From NCBI RefSeq assembly GCF_009914755.1, contig NC_060948.1: a stretch of 64,000 nucleotides of DNA. One strand, written 5' to 3'. Origin of the DNA: the human T2T-CHM13v2.0 reference genome, Homo sapiens. The notes beneath the pieces are model-generated. The model was not told the origin of the DNA, ran no database searches, and was given only the letters and a program-made list of their open reading frames with translations. Position numbers and translations under genes: made by a program. Below, in pieces: positions 29,591 to 50,911 of the stretch; within the stretch, counting starts at the first letter, position 1, and each line of letters begins with the position of its first letter.

Positions 29591-30139
29591 AAATACACAT
29601 ATATACTTTCACAGAACTAACAGTAGAGAAGCTGAATGTGACTTTATAAAGATACTCATAAAAAATTATAAACAGCAAAATTGTGGAAGTAGTTTCTAAT
29701 AAAATTGATTTTTCTCCTGTGACTATACATTAGTAATTTTTGTTTTCTGAAATATAATTGTACAACTTATTAAACAAAACAAAACAAAAAATCCATCTGG
29801 GTCCAAAAACTGAGCACAAAAAAATAACTATAACTAATTTTTCACCTAGTACATTTTTAGAACCTATGCCTTTAATTTAACAAGTGTTTGTAATCTAGCA
29901 TACACATTATCGGTGAACTTTTTTTTATTTTTCAGAATTGGTACTTACCACAGGTTTCATTCTGTACTTAATGAGAATCTGAAAGAGAAGTCTTATGAGC
30001 ATGCTCCAGTTTATATTAATTTAAGGTAACTAAAGTCTTTTTCATTAAACTTTGACTAACAGAAAGCAACTCATATTAATGCATCTTAAAGCACAAACCT
30101 GTTTTATTAAAAAGACATCACCATGTTAACAATTTAAAA

Positions 30140-32000
30140 TACTAATTTACATTCCTACCAACAGTGCACAAGGATTCTCTGTGCTCCATATTCTCAAAAC
30201 ACTTGTCATCTTTCATCCTGATAATAATAGCTATTCCAACATGTGTGAGAGGAGGGCTCATTTTTGGTTTTAATTTGCATTTCCCTGATGATCGGTGGTT
30301 TTGAGCATCTTTAAATATACAGTTGTTCAGGAATTAGCCGGGCGACAGAGTGCACATCTGTAAACACCTACTAGGGAGGATGAGGCAGAATTGCTGGAAA
30401 CCAGTGGGTGGAAGATTCAGTGAGCTGAGATCACACCATTGCATTTAAGCATGGATGACAGAGTGAGAATACCTCTCAAATCAATCAATCAATCAATATT
30501 AAATATAGAGTTGTTGGCCAGTTGTATATCTTCTTTTGAGAAGTGTAAATTCAGGTCCTTTGACCATATTTAATAGACTTAATTGGGTTTTCTGTTGTTA
30601 AATGACTTGTGTTCCTTGTATGTATTCATTATTCGCCCTTTATCATACATATGGTTTGCAGATATTTTCTCCAAGTGTTTGGGGTGTCTCTTCACTTTAC
30701 TATTTGTTTCCCTTTTCCCTTTGCTGTGCAGAAACATTTTAGTTTGATGTAACGTGATCCACTTGTTTTGTGTGGTGCTTTAGTAGCCTGTGTTTTGGGG
30801 TCATAGAATTGAGGTTTCAAAAATAAAATAAAATCAAAAATAGAATTACTACATGATCCAGCTACTCTACTTCAGAATATGTACTCAAAGGGTATACAAT
30901 TAGATTGTCAGAGACATATCTGCAGTCCTATATTCATCTCAGCATTATTCCTAATAGCTAAGATATGGTAACAACCCAAGTGCTCATCAACAGATCAACA
31001 GATAAAGTGTTGCACATATACACAATGAAATATACTATGCATCCTTAAACAAAGGAGGAAGTTCTGTTATTTATTTGTGACCAAATGAATGGTATGGGAA
31101 GATACGATGCTCAGTGTAATAAGAGAGGCACAAAAAGACAAGTATAGAATGATCACAATTATATGTAAAATCTAAAAAAGTTGAACTCATTCAAACAGTG
31201 AATATGCCAGATGTGGTGGCTCATGCCTGTAACTCCAGCAATTTGGGAGTAAGAGATGGCTGGATCACTTGAGGTCAGAACTTTGAGGCCCCAGTGAGCC
31301 ACTGTACTCCAGCCTGGGCAATGCAGCAAGGCCCTGACTCTTTAAACAAACCCACAAAAAGTAGTCAGAGATTGGACTGGGACGTGGTGATGGGGGTGGA
31401 TAGAGAAAGGCAAGATGTTCGTCAAAGGGTAACAAATTTTAGTGAGACAGGAAGAAGTTCTGATCCATTGCACAGAATGGTGACCACATTAATACATGTC
31501 AACTTCAAAATTGCTTAATAAAAAAAAGAGCAGGCATGGTGGCTCATGTTTGAAATCCCAGCACTTTATGCAGCCATGGCAGGAGGATCACTAGAGGTCA
31601 GGAGTTGGAGGCCAGCCTGGCCAACACGATGAAACATCGTCACTACTGAAAATATAAGAATTAGCCAGGTTTGGTGGCATTCACCTGTCGTCCCAGCTAC
31701 TTGAGTGACTGAGGCAAAATAACTTGTACTCGGGAGATGGCAGTTGAAATAAGCTGAGATTGCGCCACTGTACTCAAGTCTGGGCAACAGGAGCAAAACT
31801 CTATCTCAAAAAAACAGATTGTTTAAAAAGTAGAATTTATATATTCTTACCACAAAAAAAGAAATGATAAGTATGTGAGGTGATGGATATGGTAACTAGC
31901 CCAATTTAATTCTTTTGCAATATATACATGCATTATAAAATCACTTTGTGTCCCATAAATATTTACATTTGTTAGTTTAAAATAAAAATTTTAAAAGAAT
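30140..32000. mobile_element. L1M fragments in both orientations with nested Alus (~30330-30497, ~31205-31345, ~31530-31815)
   Basis: L1 ORF2 C-terminal and 3'UTR motifs; Alu boxes. Confidence 0.7.
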
Positions 32001-32448
32001 GAATTACAATTAAAATAAACTTGGCTTAATATACATAGACAATAAAATATGCTAAGGTTTTCTTCTATTTTGACTATTTGGCTTCTGTTATTTCTTAGGG
32101 AAGCAATCACCTTGGGAAGGGATGAAGAACAATAAAGCTTAATATTATACAATTTCCATTATTTTGTTTTTGTTGTTTTTCTCCTTTTTTTCCTACCAAA
32201 GTAATGGAGACAACTTTCTTATTCACACTTTCTTTTGTGTTTCTTTCTCAGGAGAAATCGCCACCAAAAAATAATGTTCATGTAGATTTGTGTAAATTTT
32301 TTCTGCTCCTATCTATGACCCTTTTTGCCTTTGCTTTGGATTTCATAGCTTCATAAAACACTGATTTACTTACTATTTGTCATCTCATTGTACCACTACT
32401 TCTTCACTGTACCTGCAGGATCGTTTTTTTCTTTTTATTTTCTTTTAG

Positions 32449-32451
<3 letters not shown>

Positions 32452-32489
<38 letters not shown>

Positions 32490-32740
32490 AGATGGAGTGT
32501 CTGGCACAATCTCAGCTCACTGCAACCTTGGCCCCCCAGATTCAGGTAATTCTCCTGCCTCAGCCTCCTCAATACCTGACATTACAGTCATGCACTACCA
32601 TGCTTGGCTGACTTTTGAATTTTTAATTGTGACGTGGTTTCACCATTTTGCCAAGGCTTGTGTTGAACTGACCTCAAGTGATCCACCCTCTCAGCCTCCC
32701 AAAGTGCTGGAATTACAGGTGTGAGACACCACACCCGGCT
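32452..32740 (-). mobile_element. Alu with long poly-T tail
   Basis: Poly-T of more than 30 nt, then gagatggagt...caaagtgctggaattacaggtgtgag. Confidence 0.88.
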
Positions 32741-34733
32741 TGATCATTTCCTTTACTAGAACTACATGCTGCTTGTCCCAGTCCTAGATATGCCACTATC
32801 TATTCATTTATTTATTTTATTTGATAGCAAGACTCATGGAAAGAGTTGGCCCTGAAAAGGTTTAATTTTATTTCTCTTAACTATCCTTTTTTAAGGCATT
32901 TACCCTGTTTTTTTAGAATCGTATCTTATATTTGTCACTAAATCCCATATTTCATTTATCTGTAGCATATTACTCAAACAGTCATGTGTATCTGTAAAAC
33001 TGATTCCCACCCTCATTCCTGAAATACTATTTTGTTTTGGATTACATGATTCAACTTTCCACTGATTTCTCTATTTAATTGTCAGTGTGCTTTGTTTCAT
33101 TTTATCTCATATATGTCTATTCATTAGACTACTAATGTAACTACAGAGAATACCTCTTTCTCCTTCTCTTTCTCTTTTTCCTTTTCCCCTTCTCTTTTCC
33201 CTTACCTCTTTTCTTTTCTTTTTTTAAGAGATGGTTCTGTCACCCAGCCTGGAGTACAGTAGTGAGAACTTGACTGACTACAGCCTCAAATTTCTGGGCT
33301 CAAGCAATCATCCTGGATTGGTCTCCTCTGTAGCGGAGACGACAGCAGTTCTAGGGAATTCAACTAGTGATATTACTTCTGGAATCCTATACATTGTGCT
33401 TTTTTTTTTTCTTATGAGCATACCAAGATTAAGACAGCTAAATTGTAAACTTCTCCTGAACTTCTTCACACTTCCTACATGCCTCTGTCTTCCACCCTTT
33501 TTTGTATAAAAATATATCATCTATATAACATAAAAACTGGAGATATCCCAAATGCATTATTTTCCCTCATCTTTTACATATTTTATCTACAAGAACTTTT
33601 TTATTATCTACCAATTACAAATGTGTTTTTCTTATTGCTCTTTATACATTCCAGTTGAGGTCATCATTCATTCTTCACTAAATGATAATATCAACAACTT
33701 AATTTACTTCCTGCTTCTGTGTTACCCTATTCAATTTATTTTTTATTGAGGGTCTAGAATTATTCTTCTTTTCAATGAATACAACACATCTCTTTCCTTT
33801 TTCTTTCTTTTCTTCTTACCTTCTGCTTTAATACTGTTACTATACGAATTGAGGAGCAATTTCAGTGTACTATTATATCCACCATTTTAAGCTAAAATTC
33901 AGAGATATAATAGCCTCTCTATAAGTGTTTAATATTACAAAAATAATGAAACTATAATTTCAGTATTAAATTTTTGAATAATGTCTATAGATTATTCATA
34001 AAACAAGATTTTAGTTGAGTTGCAGATAAGCTTATGCTATTTTTTTACTCACTCCTTCCATTTTTATCCATCCTAGCTATAAGATATTTAGAGGTATGAA
34101 CCTGGCATATTCTTCCCTGTACTTGACAGCCTATTGAAGTTATATGAATAAAGAAAAGTACACTGACAATTTAATTCATGTAACTAAATATAAATGTATT
34201 ATATTTAAAATCTATTTATTTTAATTACTTAAATTTATTATTACAGTTATTATTTAGATTTTTATTATTTAAATCTCAAACAATACAGGAAACAAAAATG
34301 TGGGAAAATCTCAAGTAATTCATTATTTATCTTTCTTTTTATCATAGAAAACACAGGCCATCTCCTTACTGCTTAAGGCCGTATTTCCAGAACACTCATA
34401 ACATTTCACTTTTCATTTCCCAAGGAAATCTGAGGAGTTTCTTTTGAACTCCATAGTGATATGCCTAAAACTACCCAGTGTAATTGTGTCTTCTTGGACG
34501 GTATGATTCTACAAGGTGAATATGATAATGACCTAAAATATCACCCTTACATTTAATTATATAAAACACCACTAATATTAACAATATATGAGCTGTACAT
34601 TATGTAGTCTAATTAGAGAGTTAATTTTACACTCAAATAGTTTAGTTAGATACTGTGAGATTAAACTGGCCAAGATGGAAATTAATTATTTGTAAAAACT
34701 ACCACACTGTGATGAAATGAGTTAACTGGACTC

Positions 34734-37024
<2,291 letters not shown>

Positions 37025-37179
37025 TGAACTTTTAATAATTTGGAAAATAATAAAGTTATATTACTTAAATGTTACTAACAAAAACGTGTATTTCTTAACT
37101 ATTTGTTACTACCTGAAAGACCGAATGGCTCTCATGATAATGATGGAAGCAGCTTCAAATGAAATGTTACAAAACAGTC

Positions 37180-37465
37180 TGGACATGATGGCCTATGCCT
37201 GTAATCCCAGCACTTTGGGAGGCTGAGACAGGTGGATGACTTGAGGTCAAGTGTTTGAGACCAGCCTGGCTAACATGGTGAAACCCCCTCTCTACTAAAA
37301 ATAAGAATATTATCCAGGCATGGTGGTGCATGCCTGTAATCCCAGCTAGTCAGGAGGCTGAGACAAGAGAATCCCTTGAGCCTGGAAGGCAGAGGCTGCA
37401 GGGAGCTGAGATCGGGCCACTACACTCTAGCCTGGGTGAGAGAGTGAGACTCCATCTCATAAAAA
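37180..37465 (+). mobile_element. AluS-type element
   Basis: gcctgtaatcccagcactttgggaggctgag... Confidence 0.9.
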
Positions 37466-37470
37466 CCCCT

Positions 37471-37956
37471 CTAAACTTTAAAAAGCAAGGTAAATTTAAT
37501 CAAGTTTCTATTTCATGCTATCATATAAGTTCATTAGGATAAAAGGGAAGAGATACAAGGAAGATAAAATAAACCTCAGACTTGATTTTGGGGGCTCTGG
37601 AATCTAACAACATAACTCAGGGGAATGTTCAATGAAGAAAGACCAGACCTCTCCATTTGGGCAAAAGAGTATGTGGTATTTTAACTGCCCATCATCATCC
37701 ACTTCATGGCTTCTAAACATTAAAAAGCAAGGTAAATTTAATCAAGTTTCTATTTCATGCTGTCTTTAAAGTTCATTAGGTTAAAAGTGAAGAGATATAA
37801 GAAAGAAAAAAAGAAAACTTCAGCCATGATTTTGGGAGCTCTGGAATCTAATAACATAACTCAGGGGAGTGTTTATTGAAGAAAGAACAGACCTCTAAAT
37901 TTGGGGATGATAGTATGGGGCATTTTAACTGCCCATCATCATCCACTCCATGGCTT
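37471..37956. repeat. Diverged tandem duplication, ~243-bp unit x2
   Basis: ctaaac..aaaaagcaaggtaaatttaatcaagtttc...catcatcatccact.catggctt at 37471-37712 and 37713-37956. Confidence 0.9.
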
Positions 37957-39990
37957 CATGGAAACTGTGAAGAAGATTAAATTATAGATTCAGCTTTTGA
38001 TGTCTGTGGGGGAAATACAGAGCTTATCTCAAAGAATTGTGGTTGTGTGATTTAAAATGTTTGAGGTTCCCTTGAAGATTACTGGCTCAGAGGCTTTTCT
38101 TTAGCTCACCACACAGTTTTCTTGGGGGCAGAAGCTGACTCCCGGGAGGCATTTGTGGAAAGGAAATATACTAGTCAGAGCCATCTGTAGCAAGGAATAA
38201 GAGTCAGGTCAAGCAGTACACCAACAAAATACCTGGAAGGAAGAGGCTGAGGAAAAAAATTGATGTGGAAAACCAGGTTTGAAAAACCCTCAGTTTGTTG
38301 TTGTTTGTTGTGGATTGGGTTTTAAATAGAGACAGAGTTTGCGCTGTGGCCCACGTTAGAGTCCTCTGGCATGATCATGTCCAAAGCTCAACCTCCTTTG
38401 GTTCAAATGGTCTTCCCACTTCAGCCTCCTGAGCATGTTATGTCTCTGGGTTCCACCTATCCTCCCCTCTCAGTGTCTCACAGTACAGGCATTGGCCACC
38501 ATAACCAGCTTATTTTTGTATTTTTTTTTTTATACAGAAGAGATCTTGCCATGTTGTCAAGGCTTGTCTCACACTTCTGGGCTCAAGTGATTTGTTCTCC
38601 TAAGCCTTCCAAATTGGTGGGGTTATAGATATGAAGCACCACATCCATATTCCTACTGATATATTTAGAGGGATATAAGTATGTCCATTTTTGGATGCAT
38701 GTGTGGAGAAGACCCCGAAACTTTTCATTTTTCCTTGGCTTTGGGCTAAATACTAGAGTTCCTCAAGGAGTCCATATGCAAAGTCTGGGCGGTTTTTCTC
38801 TACTTTCTTTTTCTATTTTTTCTTTTCTTTGCTTGGATTGTTTTTTAAAAATGTGGCAATAAGAGTAGATGACCAAAAGGGTGACAGAACACAGGTAAAG
38901 TGGCCATACATGACAAAGAATTCAGACTACAAACATAGGTCTGGATGGCTCCTAAACAAGCAAACAACCCACAAACTAAGCATTTGTGGAGATCAAGGAT
39001 TTGTTATCTGAATATGCTGAATAATATCCAAAGTGTTCAGTGTTCAACAATAAACTGAAAGGCATTCAATGGAAAAAAAAGGTACACCACGAGAAGTCAT
39101 AACAAACAAACAAACAAAAAAAAACTACTTCCTGAAGCCCAGGCATGGTACTAATTAGGGAAATATTTCAATTCACTAAATTTTAATGTTCTCAAAGACC
39201 TAAAGGAACCCAGAAGAATAGCGATTCAAAATTGAAAATACCAATAAAGACAGACAAATTATTTTAAAAAATGAAATCAATAATCTGTAACTAGAAGGAC
39301 TGAGTAGCCTGGGTGAGCATGCAGAACACAGAATGAGGCAACTTGAAGATGGATTGTTTGATATTATTCAGTGTAAGGAACAAGAAGAGAAACAACAATA
39401 ATGAAAAAAACTAAGGTTTTCATGGGACACCATCAAGAATATCAACATAGTGATAATGGGAGTCCCACTGGAAAAGGAGAGATGGGGGAAAAAAGGAATA
39501 TTTGAAGAAACAGTGGATGTAACTTGCCAAATGTGTTGGTAGATATAAATCTACTGATCCAAGTATCTACAAAGAAAAAGGCACTCCAGAAAGAATAAAT
39601 TCAAAGATACCCACAGTGAAACACATGCACTGAATTTGATAGAAGACAAATAAATAGAGAACTTTAAAAGAAGCAAGGCAGAAGTAACTGACCATATGCA
39701 AGTTACCCTCCATGATATTAACAGCCAATATCTCATTAAAAATTATGAGGAAAGAAGTCACTGTGATGAGATCTTTAAAGTGCTGAAATAAAAAATGAAG
39801 TTGATCATAAATTCAATATCTGGCCAAACCAAAATTCAAATTTATGAGCAAATAAGTCATTTCCAAGCAAACAGAATAGATCAGCTTTATAAAACATGAT
39901 AAAAACAAGTAAGGAATGAAAGAAAAATAGTAACTCATTGTGCAAATAAAGAAATAAAGAATATCAATAAAGTAATTACACCAGATTATA

Positions 39991-42900
39991 GGGGGTGGAC
40001 CCAAGATGGCCAAATAGGAACAGCTCCAGTCTCCAGCTCCCAGCATGAGTGAAGCAGAATATGGGAAATTTCTGTATTTCCAATGGAGGTACAGGGTTCA
40101 TCTCACTGGGGAGTGCCAGACAGTGGGTGCAGGACAGTGGGTGCAGGGCACCGTATGTAAGCTGAAGCAGGGCAAGGCATTGCCTCACCCAGGAAGCACA
40201 AGGGGTCAGGGAATTCCCTTTCCTAGTCAAAGAAAGGGGTGACAGAGGGCACCTGGAAAATCGGGTCACTCCCACCGTAATACTGCACTTTTCCAATGGG
40301 CTTAACAAATGGCACACCTGGAGATTTTATCCCACACCTGGCTCAAAGGGACCTACACCCATGGAGCCTTGCTCATTGCTAGAACAGCAGTCTGAGATCA
40401 AACTGCAAGGTGGCAGCGAGGCTGGGGGAGGGGAGCCCGCCATTGCTTAGGCTTGAGTAGGTAAACAAAGCCGCAAGGAAGTTCGAACTAGGTGGAGCCC
40501 ACCATAGCTCAAGGAGGCCTGCCTGCCTCTGTAGGCTCCATCTCTTGGTGCAGGGCACAGACAAACAAAAGACAGCAATAACCTCTGCAGACTTAAATGT
40601 CCCTGTCTGACAGCTTTGAAGAGAGTAGTGATTCTCCCAGCATGCAGATGGATATCTGAGAACAGGCAGACTGCCTCCTCAAGTCGGTCCCTGACCCCTG
40701 ACCCTGAGCAGCCTAACTGGGAGGCACCCATCAGTAGGGGCAGACTGACACCTCACACAGCCAGGTACTCCTCTGAGAAAAACTTGCAGAGGAACGATCA
40801 GGCAGCAGCATTTGCGGTTCACCAATATCCGCTGTTCTGCAGTCACCACTTCTGATACCCAGGCAAAGAGGGTATGGGGTAGACCTCCAGTAAACTCCAA
40901 CAGACCTGCAGCTGAGGTTCCTGACTGTTAGAAGGAAAACTAACAAACAGAAAGGACATCCACACCAAAAACCCATCTGTACATCACCATCATCAAAGAC
41001 CAAAGGTAGATAAAACCACAAAGATGGGGACGAAACAGAGTAGAAAAACGGAAACTCTAAAAATCAGAGTGCCTCTCCTCCTCCAAAGGAAAACAGCTCC
41101 TCACCAGCAATGGAACAAAGCTGGATGGAGAATGACTTTGACGAGTTGAGAGAGGAAGGCTTCAGAAGATCGAACTACTCTGAGCTAAAGGAGGAAGTTC
41201 GAACCAATGGCAAAGAAGTTAAAACTTTGAAAAAAATATTAGATGAATGGATAACTAGAATAACCAATGCAGAGAAGTCCTTAAAGGAACTGATGGAGCT
41301 GAAAACCACAGCATGAGAACTACCTGATGAATGCACAAGCCTCAGTAACCGATGCCATCAACTGGAAGAAAGGGTATCAGCGATGGAAGATGAAATGAAG
41401 TGGGAAGAGAAGTTTAGAGAAAAAAGAATAAAAAGAAAAGATCAAAGCCTCCAAGAAATATGGGACTATGTGAAAAGACCAAATCTATGTCTAATTGGTG
41501 TACCTGAAAGTGACGGGGAGAATGGAACTAAGTTGGAAAACATTCTGCAGGATATTATCCAGGAGAACTTCCCTGACCTAGCAAGGCAGGCCAACATTCA
41601 AATTCAGGAAATACAGAGAATGCCACAAAGATACGCCTCGAGAAGAGCAACTCCAAGACACATAATAGTCAGATTTACCAAAGTTGAAATGAAGGAAAAA
41701 ATGTTAGGGCAGCCAGAGAGAAAGATCAGGTTACCCACAAAGGGAAGCCCATCAGACTAATAGCTGATCTCTCAGCAGAAACTCTACAAGCCAGAAGAAA
41801 GTGGGGTCCAATATTCAACATTCTTAAAGAAAAGAATTTTCAACCCAGGATTTCATATGCTGCCAAACTAAGCTTCATAAGTGAAGGAGTAATAAAATAT
41901 TTACAGACAAGCAAAGGCTGAGAGATTTTTGTCACCACCAGGCCTGCCCCAAAAGAGCTCCTGAAGGAAGCACTAAACATGGAAAGGAACAATCAGTACC
42001 AGCCACTGCAAAAACATGCCAAATTGTAAAGACCATCAAGGCTAGGAAGAAACTGCATCAACTAACAAGCAAAATAACCAGCTAACATCATAATGACAGA
42101 ATCAAATTCACACATAACAATACAACCTTAAATGTAAATGGGATAAATGCTCCAATTAAAAGGCACAGACTGGCAAATTGGATAAAGAGTCAAGACCCAT
42201 CAGTGTGTTATATTCAGGAAACCCATCTGATGTGCAGAGACACACATAGGCTCAAAATAAAGGGATGGAGGAAGATCTACCAAGCAAATGAAAAACCAAA
42301 AAAGGCAGAGGTTGCAATCCTAGTCTCAGATAAAACAGACTTTAAACCAACAAAGATCAAAAGAGACAAAGAAGACCATTACATAATGGAAGACTTTAAC
42401 ACCCCACTGTCAACATTAGACAGATCAATGAGACAGAAAGTTAACAAGGATATCCAAGAATTGAACTCAGCTCTGCACTAAGCGAACCTAATAGACATCC
42501 ACAGAACTCTCCACCCCAAATCAACAGAATACACATTCTTTTCAGCACCACACCACACTTATTCCAAAATTGAAAACATAGTTGGAAGTAAAGCACTCCT
42601 TAGTAAATGTAAAATACTGGAAATTTTAACAAACGGTTATAATTTCCCCATTTATTAAATGCAAAGATTCCCCATTTAATAAATAGTGTTGGGAAAACTG
42701 GCTAGCCATATGTAGAAAGCCGAAACCGGATACATTCTTACATCTTATACAAAAATTAATTAAAGATTGATTAAAGACTTACATGTTAGGCCTAAAACCA
42801 TAAAAACCCTAGAAGAAAACCTAGGCAATACCATTCAGGACATAAGCATGTGCATGTCTAAAACACCAAAAGCAATGGCAACAAAAGCCGAAATTGACAA

Positions 42901-43922
42901 ATAGGATCTAATTAAACTAAAGAGCTTCAGCACAGCTGAAGAAACTTCCATCAGAGTGAACAGGCAACCTACAGAATGGGAGAAAATTTCTGCAACCTAC
43001 TCAGCTGACAAAGCGCTAATATCAAGAATCTGCAAGGAACTCAAACAAATTTACAAGAAAAAAACAAACAACTCCATCAAAAAGTGGGTGAAGGATATGA
43101 ATAGATGCTTCTCAAAAGAAGACTTTTATGCAGCCAAAAGACACATGAAAAAATGCTCATCATCACTGGCCATCAGAGAAATGCAAATCAAAACCACAAT
43201 GAGATACCATCTCACACCAGTTAGAATGGCTATCATTAAAAAGTTAGGAAACAACAGGTCCTGGAGAGGATGTGGTGAAATAGGAATATTTTACACTGTT
43301 GGTGGGACTGTAAGCTGGTTCAACCATTGTGGAAGTCAGTGGGTTGATTCCTCAAGGATCTAGAATTAGAAATACCATTTGATCCAACCATCCCATTACT
43401 GGGTATATACCCAAAGGATTATGAATCATGCTGCTATAAGGACACATGTACGTGTATGTTTATTGTGGCACTATTCACAATAGGAAAGACTGGGAACCAA
43501 CCCAAATGTCCAACAATGATAGTCTGGATTAAGAAAATGTGGCACATATACACCATGGAGTACTATGCAGCCATAAAAAATGATGAGTTCATGTCCTTTG
43601 TAGGCACATGGATGAAGCTGGAAACCATCATTCTCAGCAAACTATTTCAAGGACAAAAATACAAACACCGCATGTTCTCACTCATAGGTGGGAATTGAAC
43701 AGTGAGAACACATGGACAGAGGAAGGGGAACATCAAACCCCAGGGACTGTTGTTCGGTGGGGGATGGGGGAGGGATAGCATTAGGAGATATGCCTAATGT
43801 CAAATGATGAGTTAATGGGTGCAGCACACCAACATGGCACATGTATACCTATATAACAAACCTGCACGTTGTGCACATGTACCCTAAAACTTAAAAGTAT
43901 AACAATAATAATAATAAGAAGA
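39991..43922 (+). mobile_element. 5'-complete L1PA (about PA4-5) with large internal ORF2 deletions
   Basis: caagatggcc 5'UTR start, ORF1 fragments, EN start, C-terminus and 3'UTR; TSD aaagtaattacaccag at 39969-39984 and 43923-43938; only ~3.9 kb long. Confidence 0.93.
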
Positions 43923-45199
43923 AAAGTAATTACACCAGGAAATAGAAAAGCCAATATTATTGTATTTGCGGATTCTGCAACTTTATTTTTCTACTAGATT
44001 TAAATGACAAGAGGTAAGCCACAGTATCTCACAAATGTAATACCAACCAATGTGGGAGATTTCCTTGAGCACAGGAGTTTGAGACCAGCCACGGCAACAA
44101 TGTGTGACTCTGTGTCTACAGAAAATAAACAAAATTATCCAGCTATGGTGGCATGCACTTCTATCCCAGGTACAGGGAGCTGAGGTGGAAGGATCCCTTG
44201 AGCCCATGAGCTTGAGGCTGTAGTGAACAAGGGTTAGCCTGTGTGACTGAAACTCTGTCTCAATAAAGTAAAATAAGATAAAGAAATAATAAAGAATAAA
44301 ACAATAATTACACATCTGTGTTGTTCTCACTCATTGTATAACAAACAATTTTTGACAATAAAATAGGAAGTTACGGAGAGTACTATAGGTAAATGATTTT
44401 TGTATAATATCAACACTCAGTTTTTATAATTCACATTACATAATTACAAAGTTAAGATATTAATTATAATACCATTAATAATCACTAAGAAAAATACTGT
44501 TCAAATATACTGAAGAGAAACATGGAAGTCAAAATGGTACCCTAGAAAAACAATCAAATGCAAATTGAACAGTTTTGGGGAAATAGAAGAATAATAACAA
44601 CAACAAAACTAGTAGAAAAAATGACACAAATAGGAAAATAAATTCTTGTCAGCAATTGCTTTCCATCCAAATAAACTAAAATCCAGTTAAATGTCAAAGA
44701 TTAGCAGAGTAACATTTTAAATGTTTTAAAGGTGAGGAAAAAAATAGTGCAAACAGTAACCAAATTAGAGCTGGAAAAACTGTACAAATATCAAAATTGT
44801 TTAATTCATCAAGAAGATACAATACTTATGTATATATCTAATAACACATTCTCAGGATATATAAAACAAAAATGAATAGATTAGTCTTGGACACCACTCC
44901 TGGCCAAGACTCTTTTTTTAAAAACTGAAAAATATATAATGTTGGTAACTAAAAATTACACTCTTCAACAACCTGTGGTTAACTGAAGAATCTGCAAGGA
45001 ATTAAATAACTTTTGCAGATAAATAAAAAATTAAAACATACTAAAACTTCTGAAATGCAGCTAAATCAATGTTGTGAAATATACACATGTAAACATATAG
45101 ATAAAAAAGAAGAAATGTAAAATTTCTAACATAAATTTACACACAAGGAAGCAGAAAATGTGCAAAGTAGAGGAGAGTACTTTAAAAAAAAAAAAAAAA

Positions 45200-50580
<5,381 letters not shown>

Positions 50581-50619
50581 TTTTGTGAGGGAGAGTGATG
50601 CCAGCCTTTTTTTTTAAAT

Positions 50620-50793
50620 CTGTTTTCAAAAGCTAATAGAACAAGATCTCCCTCCTTGTCACAAGAATGATACCGAACTCTTCATAAGGGATCCACCCTC
50701 ATGAACCGAGCATCTCCCACTCAACCTCACCTCCAACACTGGGGATCAAATTTCAACATGTAGTTTGTAAAGGCAAATATCCAAACTATAGCA
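50620..50793 (+). mobile_element. MaLR LTR (MST-type) 3' fragment
   Basis: cacctccaacactggggatcaaatttcaacatg...atccaaactatagca. Confidence 0.7.
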
Positions 50794-50911
50794 GTAACTA
50801 TGTGAGATTACAAACATGTTAATTTGCTTCAGTATAGTAGCCTTTGAAATATCAAAATACATCCCATAGCATCATGTAGTACACATGAAATGCACATAAT
50901 AGGATGCATTT

